A DNA stretch of 30,009 nucleotides from Neoechinorhynchus agilis (lineage: Eukaryota; Animalia; Acanthocephala), in the NCBI GenBank assembly GCA_051530055.1, contig JBMGUZ010000033.1, forward strand, positions 1 through 30,009, read 5' to 3'. The notes below the pieces were generated by a model. The model was not told the DNA's origin. It did not search any database and saw only the letters and a list, made by a program, of their open reading frames with translations. Position numbers and translations under genes: made by a program. Of the stretch, positions 10,200 through 21,649 are shown piece by piece; the first letter of the stretch is position 1; the number at the start of each line of letters is the position of its first letter.

Positions 10200-11720
10200 T
10201 CTGAGATCTATGGAATCAGATAGTTCTGAATAGATATAGGACGAAAATCTCTCGGGGAAGAAATATTCTTACTTTTTTGTCTAACTCAGAAGATTCGCTT
10301 AGATATGTTGATATCCGACCATTTCTGAACGAGAGATGAAACCAGCACGAGCGGAAGCTTCCATGGTAGATGCTTAGTTTTAGATTTCCAATCTCGGCTG
10401 ATATCAGACGCTCTTAAATTAATACGTCAAAGTTTACGGGGTTAAAAATCAAGATTTTCCCACAATCTCTAGAATGTCATCTACAAACGAAGCGTTTATC
10501 ATAGAGCCTCACCAACCGGCCGCTTATCGCCGGGGTCAAAAACGTTTTGGGGGCCCCTTTCGTGGAATACGAAGCGAAGAAAGTTATCCGTTTCTTATCG
10601 AAATCTAATTGGAATCGTGCCCTACTCTAAACAAGTATGTCCAGAAATTAGATGGAACAGCGTCCCCGATTTCCTTTACCTCATCATTTGCCTTTATTGT
10701 AAAAGTTTAGATCACAATCTGAGGACTGGATTAAAAAGATTGAAGTTTAACGAAGTGATCTTGAATGTTTTACCTAAAAGTTCGTTGTGCTCGGAGTTCT
10801 ACATAATCAAATCATCTTCCGTGCGAAGATAAACAACTGATTGGGTTTATGCCAAAGGCTTGAGCCATCACGCTCTCGGCCTGAGACACAGATCCAAATA
10901 AGTCGTCGAATTATTCGAGGAGAAAGTGGGGTATTGAGATGAAATAATCTCGATCGAGACAGTAGACCTGATCGCTCATTTCAAACACTTTGATGAAGGC
11001 TCATTAAGGTCAACGAAGACGAAATTTACTCCTGAATTCAAAATATTTCTTTAGAGCTCTTTCGTTTGTGGTATATGAACTTTACGAAGCCGAATTTAGA
11101 TATTGCTGACCAAAACGTTCCTTCCACCGTACAAGAACCAAAAGAAAAAGTATGGGAAGTAGAAGGAGGCTAATTGGGAGATTTGTCGGGATTGAAAATT
11201 AGTTTGAAAAGGGATAAAATTCCATGTGACTATCAGCAACTGAGGGTGTAATAGAAATCCCGAAATGATCTTACAATGAATTACCAGAGGGAGACCGTTT
11301 AATGAATAGGCTGACTCTGTTACCTACGCAGAAGCAATATCTGCGCGAGAAAATTCTTTCAAAAAGAAAGGAATTGCAAAGAATCCATAGCATTCCACTG
11401 CATCGATTTCATACCTATTGTAAGTCAGGTGCTCCCAAAAAGCGAGAAAATTATCAAAACTCAATTCTATTCCTACAAGAATTAACAAAGGCAACTTTAG
11501 AGATTTTCTTTAACCACTGCCTGGTCCTGATGGAAATGTCCTTGATTTTACATTTTTATATTTATCGAAGTTTATAAACACGCATTTTGATTTACGGATA
11601 ATTTTAACATTCGGGTTTAAAGTGGGGCGACCGGGTAAATTTATTATCTCCGCAAATGTAAGGAGATTGAGAGCGACAACTCACAGAATTTCGAGTGCTT
11701 CGAAACAAGATTCGGTTTAT
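10200..11720 (+). pseudogene. Possible very old PIWI pseudogene (PAZ to PIWI)
   Basis: Weak colinear matches: QIVLNRYRTK (cf. IVLTRYNNK), KFVVLGVLHNQ and ETQIQISRRI (cf. MID), YAEAIS, PTRINKGNF..PLPG (cf. KKRINTRFF..NPLPG), THFDL. Spacing is imperfect, stop density is near random and no DG motif is found. Confidence 0.25.
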
Positions 11721-11989
11721 TCATGGACGTGTGTAAAAACGTTTAATTAATTCGTTAAAACCTGAGCGTGAATGGCACGAAAAAGTGAATTGGAAAAGTG
11801 AAACGGTTCAATTTTGATGATCAAGGAATTGCTAAGGTTGCGGAACTTCTTTTTATTCAGCGGAAAATACGCTGTATCTTATGGAGCTGTGGAGGATATT
11901 AGACATTCCGAGCAAACGGATTGTTGATTAGGAACCAGCTCAGATATGGACGTTTGTGAAGAAGATGGTTTCGCGGCTGTAAAATAACC

Positions 11990-12610
11990 TGAGGTTAGTT
12001 CGTGAATGGGAGTGAGAAGGCCATCGAGCCCAAAGGATCCCCTTGCTGGTTTTCTCTTTCTGACCACAAAACGTGGCTATTGAACAACAAGGGTATTGCA
12101 GTCCCATTAGGCATTAACGAAATAACGAAATGCTTCTGGCGCGTGATCTCTAAGTACTTCGAGCAAATCTGCTCGGTGAACTGTATTGAATGCATTTTTG
12201 AAATCACATTTCAAGATCACGCACAGCTTTGAGTTTCTGGTGATGAATGTAAGGAGTTAATGAACAATCGCCTCTGCGCCACAAGATGTACAGCAGCCTA
12301 ACTGAGTAGGGCGAAGCAGTATCCCTACGTTTTCCGCTATCATTTTATTTAAAATTTTGCTGTAAAGCAGCGTGGATTTGTTTCAATTGCAATGGGACAA
12401 ATTCCACCTTCCTTTTTTTGCGAGGGCACACATAGATGCGCCGAAAATAACTCAATTGCTTTCGGAATCAACTCTACCACTGCAAATTGGTCAACAAGGC
12501 GTGCCAATGCATCTTCTAGGAACTGGGCAGCTTCACCTACTGAAAAGGAAGTCATATCGTGTAGGTGTTGAAGCCGGAGCTCGTCAAGCCCGTGAGCTGA
12601 TTCGTTACGG
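11990..12610 (-). mobile_element. CRE-clade non-LTR retrotransposon, RT core (inverted 5' segment)
   Basis: SAHGLDELRLQHLHDM..KKEGGICPIAI..QLGCCTSCGAEAIVH..WSERENQQGDPLGSMAFSL (cf. GGIRPIAVG, QLG..GAEAAVH, QQGDPLGPLLF). Confidence 0.85.
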
Positions 12611-13520
12611 CGAAAATTGGCATTGAATTGAATGCTGCGAAATGCGAGATTTGAGTGATAAACGTGGAAGATGAGGTGTGCAGGCAAACTATCGTGAAAG
12701 ATTTTAGGAACCTGGCCCCCGAGATTGAATTGATTACTCTAGACCGGTTGGGTCTTCTTGGAAGTTGCATTTGTGGTTCTGATGTCGGAGCAGAGATTAC
12801 CAATCTTCAACCGCAACTTTCGGTGTTGTGCCAACGAGTTGATGAATTATCTTCACACGAGGCCCTGTTCTTGATCAAGAACACCCTCTTCATTCCAAAA
12901 TTGATGGATAAGCTGCGCACAGCACATTTTTTAGACATAAGGATAGGCTGGCAAAATTAGACGGGACGGTGAAAGCCTGTCGAGAATTTTTAAATACTCA
13001 GTTGTCGGACGAGGCCTGGCGTCAAGCGTCCTTGCCTGTATCGTCCGGCGATTTGGGTTTCCGAAAAGCAGCCGGTATTTCTCTGCTAGCTTATTTGGGA
13101 TCGTATGTAGCAAGCCGCAAAGTTGTTAAATCCGTTCTTGGCGAGAATTACACAGCCGTGCTCTGAATACTGTGAATGCGTCCAACATCCAAGCGTCGAG
13201 CAATCTTTGCCGACTCGATGGCAGCCGTATACCGTACGGTATCGCAGTATTCCCTTGGCGAGAAGGAAAATGCCTTCTCTGGGACGCCATTCGCAGCCTG
13301 CAACATGAAATTCGCCGTCATTAAACCAGAGGGAGCAGCAGCCGCCGCTGAGGAACGCAAAAAGATAAAATACAGGGACCTGAGTCGAAATCATTATTTT
13401 GTTCCCTTTGACGTCGAGACGCTCAGGTCATTTGGTACCGCAGCGCAGGACCTGGTCATGCAATTGTCTAAAAGATTGAGATGAATCAATGGCGATCGAA
13501 GGGCAGGGGCATTCCTCCTG
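12610..13520 (+). mobile_element. CRE-clade non-LTR retrotransposon, 3' segment with restriction-like endonuclease
   Basis: KIGIELNAAKCEI, HEALFLIKNTLFIPKL, WRQASLPVSSGDLGFR, RLDGSRIPYGIAVFPWREGKCLLWDA, AAAAAEERKKIKYRDL..FVPFDVETL. Confidence 0.88.
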
Positions 13521-13539
13521 GTAAACGATTTAAAGTTAA

Positions 13540-14390
13540 CAAATTAAGTATTTTTATTCTCCAGCATAATCTTTTTATTTTTATCGACAAATGTCCCATG
13601 TTTGAGTTCCTTATAGATCTTCTTGTTGGGTGCTGGAAAGTTGAAACCTAAAATTCTGGAATAATTTTTAATTTTACATGTATTTGTTAAATTATTTTCT
13701 TCTAGCAATGCCTTAAGCTTTGCCCCTGCACCTGAGGTTTTTGTTAAAGGTATAATATTAATTTCAGCTCTGTTAACGGCTAAATTTGCCTTTTTGAACA
13801 TTTGGTCCAAGTTGGTAAAAAATCCCTATTTGGTTTATTAAAATATTACTTTTTTATTGTGTAATAAAAAGAATAGGTCGTCCGCGAAGGCCCAATATTT
13901 ACAATTCTTTTTATTAACTAGTTTTAATTTTTTTATTATTCCTACGAGGAATAAAGTGGATGAGAGTTGGAAGCCCGGAGGCACTCCGTTTCTCGAATGA
14001 AAGCATGTTTTGTTGGAATTAATGTCCATAAAACAGGATTTGGATTCAAATGAAAATTGCGTTATTTTTCAATTTCTTTGGGATTCTTAAATGATTCATT
14101 ACTTCATAAATAAAATTTCATTTGATAACATCAAAAGCTTTGTTAATGTCAAGTTATAGCAAGACTTTATTGACCGCAGTAATTTTATTATTGAAGTTCT
14201 GCAAATCATATATCAACGACTTTACTCCTTTACCTTAGAATGAATCCGTGGAAGTTTTGTGGCATCAATTTTTTCTTCAGAATATATTTCTCTAAATTTT
14301 TATTCACAACTTTTACTATAATTGAGATAAGAAGGTTCTGAATTGCGATAAGTCCTATATCACCAGGGTTTGAAATTATTTTTTTACTAT
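13540..14390 (-). mobile_element. AT-rich non-LTR RT fragment (clade not assigned); probably continues upstream at about 14950-15430
   Basis: DINKAFDVIK, GVPPGFQLSSTLFL, YWAFADDLFF motifs in RT order, with stops. Confidence 0.75.
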
Positions 14391-14397
14391 TTTCCAG

Positions 14398-14945
14398 GCC
14401 AGACCTAAAATGGCATTCCCACGTCTCTTTAGCCCTCAGAAATCATAATTTCAAGTCCTACCTCTTAAAACGCCTTCGTCGTTTGGGGGTGATCCCTGCA
14501 GATCTAGCGAAATTTTATCTAGCTTACATTCTCTCATCCATAACGTACGGCTACCCCACATTCTGCAATCTCTCCAAATCACAGCTATGCAAGCTAGAAG
14601 TTTTCCATAGTAGAGCTGCCCAAATTTGCTCCGCTGATTTTCTCTTCATGAAAGACACTCTCCTAGCAATTTTCACAAAGCAGAGCAAACGCCTGATGTC
14701 GAATGCGCCGCAATTCGCTCTCCATATTACCCCATTCACCCACCCTCACAGAACGCGTAAGCCATCCTCCTTCAAACCGCACAAATCGCGAACCAAAACC
14801 CACCTTCATTGCTTCTTTGCTGCTGCTCAGTCATTTTTAAATAGAAACTGAATCGGAGGAAAGAGCACAACCAACTATACTTCGGCAACCAAAGATACAT
14901 GGGCGGGTATAGTTGTTTACTTTCAAAGTAAAATAAATAAAACGT
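14398..14945 (+). mobile_element. CR1/L2-group LINE 3' end nested in the older RT fragment
   Basis: DLKWHSHVSL..KSYLLKRLRRLGV..FYLAYILSSITYGYPTFCNL is the RT C-terminus, followed by a stop at 14851, a short UTR and an AAATAAATAAAA tail. Confidence 0.8.
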
Positions 14946-15559
14946 GTTTGAAATTTATTAATAATAAGTGCTGGAAAGATAGTTTTCTACTCCAAAGTCC
15001 TGATCAAACTTCTCTGTTGTAATTAATTGTAATAATTTAGGGGAGCGAGAAAGGGAGCATTGTTGGCATTATATTTACCATTCCATAACGAGAGGAGATA
15101 TTCTTTGAATAGTTCCTTTGAATCGCTATTAGGGAAGGAGTTACTCCAAAAAGATTCCTAAATAAAATTTGGCTAATTACCTCTGTTTATGGAATTGTGC
15201 CCATCCAATTGGAGGCTTTGTGTTTCCAATCTATCCATTTTTTATTTAAAAGTGCATTCCAACAATTTGAAGAGATCTTTTTGAATGTTCGTCTTTTTAT
15301 TCTATCTCTTTATAGATTTTCATTTGCAAGATATTTGCAAAATTCTACTATACAAAATTTACTTAAGGTCATGTTGCCTTGCAATTCACTGATTATTGAT
15401 AATCCTTTAGATGTGAAAAAATGACCAAGTTATCATTGGCGGCCTTGGAGATAATATTATTCATTTCAGTTAATTTTATACATTTTTTGTTTAGATTAGA
15501 TTTTATTTGATGGTTTGAAATTAATGATAGTCTTGTCATAGAAAACCACTTTAGTCTTT

Positions 15560-16080
15560 AGATCGAACTGCGCCCATCGGTGTGCGAGGGGACTGATCCT
15601 ACAACGCATTACGGGAACACATCGATCTGTTTTGGCAAGGGAATGATTGCTTTCATTTCAACTCCATGCAAATCAACATGCGATCCAAAGACTACTAAAA
15701 GGCATCGTGAATGGCTTTCTATGCATACAGAATAATGATATGAGACAATTACTCCAATCAAATCACACAGCGCCGTAAGTTATTCCATCAATTTGTAGTT
15801 GTTATGCACGGAATGATTGAGAGTAACATTTAAGATTAGTGATTATATCCACCTTCGAGATGCTGTGGTGGAAAATTAGTCATTCTACTCGCTACATTTA
15901 CGGGAATTCCAAGAAGATGCAATATGGATTTACATTTATCCGCAATTCTGCTTGATTTGAGATCCAGTGAAGGCAAATGAAATTACTGAACTTCATTACA
16001 CGAAGTCACGTCTTTGGACTCATGCAATGTTGGATGCATTCCATCCATTGGCAGAAGTGAAGACTTTCACATTCCTTTTT
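15560..16080 (+). mobile_element. Helitron RepHel fragment (Rep domain)
   Basis: FWQGNDCFHFN, MAFYAYRIMI*DN..RRKLFHQFVV, YIHLRDA, LVILLATFTG.P, CWMHSIHWQK*RLSH (cf. YSIEWQKRGLPHAH). Confidence 0.9.
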
Positions 16081-16199
16081 TTTGTAAATAGCGCCTTAGC
16101 AATCAAATGCGATATGTCTCTTATTCTCATTTTTGAATAAGTATCGATATATGTGGCAATAATTATATTTTCCAAGCACTAGACGAAAGCTTAGAAAAT

Positions 16200-16420
16200 A
16201 ATTTTGATATTATGATCCATCCTTTAACCTATTCTAAATTTAATTAAAGACTAATTACCAAAACCATTGCATACAAAAATCAATACTTAAAAGCGGACCA
16301 CAATTTCGAGATTTCTCTTACTTTAATTTTCAATCAGATTTGCAATTAATCTCAATAATTATATTCTCGAAGCATAAGACAAAAAGTCGGAAAATTATTT
16401 TGTATTTATGGGGTCGTGGT
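16200..16420 (+). repeat. About 200 bp dispersed non-coding repeat, direct copy at about 18476-18657
   Basis: Shared blocks AACCTATTCTAAATTTAAT, CAATTTCGAGATTTCTCT, ACTTTAATTTTCAAT, TAAGACAAAAA.TCGGAAAATTATTTTG. CACGACCC (18492) and GGGTCGTG (16411) may be terminal inverted ends. Confidence 0.75.
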
Positions 16421-16579
16421 AAAATATCCCAACCGCAGATATTGTTTCCGGCACATTTCGCTTTCTAGCAAACGACGGACAATTAAGACTTTGACTAGAC
16501 GACTCTTCGTGGGTCTTTTCAATTAATTATTTTGCTTCAACGCATTTGTTTGATATTTCTGAATCTTAAGCTTTTAATT

Positions 16580-17850
16580 TTAAGCAGACGTCTCGAAGAG
16601 TCGTCGCCATTTTTTTCGTGTGCGTTGTTGAAGATCGCTTATTTGTTCACAATCGTAATGGTTTATAATGACACTCGTGTTTTTCCCGGCGACAGTTGAG
16701 ACTGAACCATTTTATTAAGAAACTCTCCTTTGGTATCTTTCATCGGGTGCTCTTGCTTTATTCCGTCATTAGATACTTTAATGCTCATTGGTTCCGCTTT
16801 CGTCATTGCTGAAAACTCCTGAGTTTCCATATCTTTTATATGCAATAGAATTGGTTTGTTTTCTATGTTCAGAAAATAGTTCTTTTCCTGTCAGACTGCA
16901 TCATTTTCTCCCTATTACATTTTTAAAGTTGGCAAATTCCATCGTAGGATTTTTCGCTGATCTTTTAGCCTCATCGGATTGGCTCCCATTATTCATGCGA
17001 TGTTTCCGAGTTTTCGAGCGGCAACTGTAAATTTCTGTCTAACATTTGAGGCTTGTTAACTTTAACACGAGATTCTTGTCGGATCGATTTTACTGAGTAC
17101 GTTCGCTCTGTTAACATTGGAGAGTTTCCTTGATTTTCCGAATTTAACCTTCCTAGAGATTTTTCATTGATATTTGAATTGAGTCGTTTTGATCCGAGTA
17201 CAGTACTCGGTGATTTCTATTGGCCATTTCTGGCTCAGGACTTTCATTTGGAGATGTGTCATCGATTTTTCAAATTGAGTTGTTATGATCCGACGACGCT
17301 ACTTTGCGATTTTTGCCGAGCTTTTAGTTCGATTACCTTTACCAAGAACTTTCTCACTCCCATTCTTAATCAAGTCTTTTTGTTCCGACGATGTTACCGT
17401 GATTTCTGGCACTTCCTTGGTATCTCCATTAGACCGTTGACTAATAAATCCGTCGTCCAGCGACACTTCTTTAACATTTTTAATTGGCTCAATGCGCTCC
17501 TTTGTTTTCGACGGCATTTCTCTAATTTCCACAGTACTTTTTCTCTTGCTCGAACTTTCCTTGACTAAGGAGCCTTCAACAGATCCATACTTTGCCCTCA
17601 AATAATCATTCCAACTGATGGTTTTAAAAATATCCGCATGCCCATGAGCGACTCGTTTAACCGTATAGTCCAGTTGCTGGTACGCTGTGGACTTACGTAA
17701 CCCGGATCTTCTTCTTCTATAGAACAAGGTTTCAATTGGCGAGACGTCTGGTAGAGGAAAAATTGAATTCTCCACATTCGACTCATTTGTTCCCTGCTTC
17801 TTGTCCTCACTGTCTTTTGCTTTCATTTCCATTTTTGATGTGTTGGTCAT
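16580..17850 (-). pseudogene. Disrupted Ser/Lys/Glu-rich gene of unknown function
   Basis: The 183 aa ORF (17299-17850) continues in shifted frames with similar composition, including a degenerate repeat KNRKVASSDHNNSI / RNHRVLYSDQNDSI, down to ORF 16663-16845. Confidence 0.45.
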
Positions 17851-18869
17851 TTTCGAGAGTAAGTTATATGTAAATGCTTATCAAAGTAAAAAAGAAGAAA
17901 AGAGTGCCTATCACAGCCTTTGTCTGCGAAGGGAGTTTTATGCTAGTTTGTTTGGTACAAACAACTTTGGAACTCTTGCACTTGATCTGGTCAAATAAGC
18001 TAAACAATATAAAAACAGCAATTATTGGTTACTGAAAATTGTCTCTTTTCCCTGTGGTATACCAAGCCAATTGCTGTGTTTCAGGAAATGAATATTTAAA
18101 ATTTACGGATTAACGATTTGGCTTTCGTATTGCAAATTTAAGCCGTTTTAAATAGCTTTTCTTAGAACTTAACTCGTCAAAGTGTTTCTCTTTTACGGCA
18201 TATTTTCTACGTGTAGATTTAATGCTCAAATTAGGAATTTGAAGGCGGTTGTATGCTTTATGCTATTCCAGCATTTTTTTATTGTAAGAACTTTGAGGGG
18301 ATTTTCGTGTAAAATCTTTAATTTATATTGTCAGCTATTTAATTTTGTTATACTAAATTATTATTGATGATCATACTAGCCCAATACCAAAAGTACATTC
18401 ATTTCAACATCGAGTGTAATGTTCTTTTTTAAAGGTTTCTGGAACCTTTTTGGAAAAATTCAGTCATGATTAAAAACATAATTTTGGTTTCACGACCCAC
18501 CCTTCAACCTATTCTAAATTTAATAAAGGACTACTACAACAGCACCTTAGCGCTCAATTTCGAGATTTCTCTGACTTTAATTTTCAATGAGAATTACGAT
18601 TAGTCTCAATAATTATTTTCACAAATCGTAAGACAAAAACTCGGAAAATTATTTTGGTCTTGCCTTCCACAAGTCAACCAATCCCAAAAAGTAATAAGAG
18701 ACTACTTGCCTTAGATATTGTCAAAAACAATAAAAATCTTCGACAATTTCATTGATGTAAAATATTTTGAAAAATAGTCCTTAGCGATATAATGCGACAT
18801 GTCTTCATTTTCTATCGGTCTTTATGATTGTCGATTATTTTAAACGTTCGCAGTACGAAGTTTAGTACG

Positions 18870-19200
18870 AAAACAAACCAGCAGCTTTGAAATTTGAGTT
18901 AGGGCAGAGGTCCTCATTGATGGATACTTGGGCATGCTTTAGATTAGAAGAGGACAAATTTGGAGTGCGATCAGAGCTGTGAAAACCAAGAGAGTCCTGG
19001 ACGGCATGCCACCATGTTAAATTGCCACCTAAACGCATTTTAGAGGAAAGGAAGTTTTTGCGGGCGATAAGTATTTTGTTAGTTAGTGCTTTTTGTAAAC
19101 CGAGAAAGCCTGCTAAGTTATTGCGATGGGCCTTAGAAGCTTGCCTTAGTTGAAGTTTCAAAATGGGAGTTATCCATGTAAGGTCGTGGTTGGACATTCC
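18870..19200 (-). mobile_element. CR1/L2-group LINE fragment (EN-RT linker), inverted paralogue of about 19400-19760
   Basis: LTWITPILK..GGNLTWWHAVQDSLGFHSSDRTPN versus plus-strand GGN*TWWRAVKDSLGIHNPDRTPN. Confidence 0.7.
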
Positions 19201-19209
19201 ATTGAATGT

Positions 19210-20890
19210 TGCGAACTATGACCACTCTTCTGCCCTTATTACTCCCCCATCCCACCCCAGGGTTTAAAATCTCCCCGTTTACCAGTCTTGGATAAACGTG
19301 ATCATCACATCTACAATTTTATAAAATTGTTCAATTCTATAATTCGCACATTCCAGTCTGACAACAAAAATGACCCTTCCTTGGCTATGTCCTCCAAAAA
19401 AGTTCCCTAACTTCGAGAATACACAAGAAATTTATTAGAATATCCAACCGTGACCCACCACGGATAACCCGCATCTTGAAACTTCAGCAGTAAGCTCTAA
19501 AGGCCCACAGTAATAACCATCCGGACTTTCCCCCTTTACAAATAGCTCTAAATAACAAAATGCTTGTCGCCCGCAAAAACTTGCTTCCTCGAAAATTCGT
19601 TCAGGTGGCAATTGAACATGGTGGCGGGCTGTCAAGGACTCTCTTGGTATTCACAACCCTGATCGCACCCCAAATTTTTCCTCTTCTGGACTGAAACATG
19701 ACCTAGACTCCATCAATGAGACCCTCTGCCCTGACTAAAATTACAATCTCTGGTCCACATCAGACCACACAATCTTTTACGTCCACATCTGAAACTTTTG
19801 TCAGCTCACCGATACTCCCCTTAGTTTCGTCATACGAAGTCCTTCGACATTTCAAGAAATTACCTCGAAATTCGTCTTCTCAATCCGAAATCTCAAACTG
19901 GGCTCTTCGCTGAACCATCCCCCTGATATAATAATCAATAGTGTGTCGATGCGCAGATCAGTAGTGTGTCGATGCGTAGTTGGGTGCGAATTATTATTAT
20001 TTATTATCAAGCGCCTCATACACTTGTTGGTCTGTGCCATCTTCTTTTTTTGATAGTTTCGGCTATATTCCTTTTGAGCCTTTCGGCTGACTTGCACACA
20101 ACGGAGGCGCTTAGCCGCACTCGAAGGAGCAGAGCCAACCCCCTTTTGGGGCCGATGGGTGATCTCAAAACCTGACCCCACCCCTTCCAGCAGCCTCGCA
20201 CAACCGTGGAACCCAGCGACATATCAAGCGTATTATAAACGCGCATACCACACGGCCACTGGGCCCCGGGTGCAAATGTTAACTAGCGCCGCATCATTGT
20301 ATTACACTCCATTTTTGTTGAAATAAAGCCGTCGTTTTGGCTAAATTAATTATTACACCCCAGAAACCTCATTATAAATTACAGCTTTTTTTTATATAAC
20401 ATCTCCCCCCTTGCCTAAAAACTGTTAAAGTTATCCTTGTTAAAAAAAGGAGATCTTATTTCCGCAGAATAATTCCGTCCAATATCCATTCTACCCGCTC
20501 TTTCAAAAATCATCGAAACATGATTTAAATCTCGACTCCTTTCACTTCTCAACGAGAAGTTATCGCCCCCACAATTTGGCTTCCGGCTCGGATTTTCTGC
20601 AACCAATGCCCTATTTTGCATTTATGACACGCTTCTACGTAATCTCGACAATAATCCCTCCCACGTCACCCGTCTTACTAAACTTGATTTATCGAAAGCG
20701 TTCGACTCCGTGGACCATTCACTCCTTCTCAGGGCCTGCTCCGATTTTGGTCTCAACCTGTGGCAGATCCGCTGGCTCGAATCTTATCTTCTCAATCGCC
20801 AACAATACATTCACTGCCGTTCTACCTCTTCTATCAGCCTATCCTACACCAAAGGCGTACCTCAAGGTGCGGTGCTGTCACCACTTCTTT
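19210..20890 (+). mobile_element. CR1/L2-group LINE ORF2 remnant, interrupted at about 19915-20400
   Basis: VSSYEVLRHFKKL, then FRPISILPALSKIIE, PQFGFR, LDLSKAFDSVDHSLLL, WLESYLLNRQQ, GVPQGAVLSPLLF. Confidence 0.88.
19985..20240 (-). mobile_element. Non-LTR 3' end related to 781-1075
   Basis: Shares CACTCGAAGG, CCTTCCAGCAGCCTCGCA and ACCAGCGACATATC-type blocks with 781-1075. (TAA)n tail at about 19989-20006. Confidence 0.6.
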
Positions 20891-21228
20891 TTAAATACCG
20901 TCCCCTCCAAACTTTGTTAGGAGAGCCTTTAAAATTTGCGCAGTAAATTTTTATCCGCACACCGAAATCCTTTATAAGATTTTAAGCAAACAATTAAAAC
21001 GCCTCTCAAACCTACCACCGCAATTTTTATCACTTTCACATTAGCACAACACCCGCAACCTAATTCCTTCCATTACCTTCGCGCCTTTTTTTCCGCACTG
21101 CCGAATCTTCTAAGATATCATCACCCGAAATGAATCTGAGGAAAGACCAATGTCACAAGCTCTCCTACAAACAATATTCGTCAATCCTCACCCGAACGGA
21201 TTGCCCCCGACCTCATCAAATCCGCGTT

Positions 21229-21460
21229 TTATAGCTTCAATCCAATATCCTTCATGATAACATTCGGGTGAAAAGTAATCCTCTTGTGGCGATTCACACC
21301 CCGAGAGTCAGTTTTATTTTGTAATATTTCGTGGGCCATACCCACATTTTCAAACATTGTCATCTGAAAAACCGAAAGATAGATTGCATTAGTCAATTTC
21401 CGATTGCTCTGCATTGCTCGGGATCGGGCATTTAACGCCCCGATCCATGGGAATGGCAAC
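21229..21460 (-). pseudogene. PIWI L1-PAZ fragment forming the left arm of hairpin 2
   Basis: Open 76-codon frame RKLTNAIYLSVFQMTMFENVGMAHEILQNKT..IMKDIGLKL (cf. [43 protein letters not shown]). It also abuts a PIWI fragment starting near 21650. Confidence 0.5.
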
Positions 21461-21618
21461 CCCGCGATCCCGAGCCATGCAGAGCAATCGGAAATTGACT
21501 AATGCAATCTATGTTTCGGTTTTTCAGATGACAATGTTTGAAAATGTGGGTATGGCTCACGAAATATTACAAAATAAAACTGACTCTCGGGGTGTGAATC
21601 GCCACAAGAGGATTACTT
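21273..21618. repeat. Fold-back inverted repeat (hairpin 2)
   Basis: Arms 21273-21426 and 21465-21618 pair at 151/154 positions around a 38 nt loop. The ORF track shows the same peptide on both strands. Confidence 0.97.
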
Positions 21619-21649
21619 CAATCCAATGTTGGTTATCGCTCAAATAACG

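Noticed and set aside
19939-19976. 15 bp direct repeat TAGTGTGTCGATGCG next to a LINE tail
   Set aside because: Both copies are on the same side of the element, so it is not a TSD. It is a trivial local duplication.
21290-21430. Plus-strand SQFYFVIFR match to the PIWI N domain in the left arm of hairpin 2
   Set aside because: It is a single motif. The opposite frame is open and matches L1-PAZ over a longer span, so that reading was preferred.
21229-21647. Two ORFs with the same peptide taken as a duplicated functional gene pair
   Set aside because: They are a direct consequence of the inverted repeat, with no independent start or stop context.
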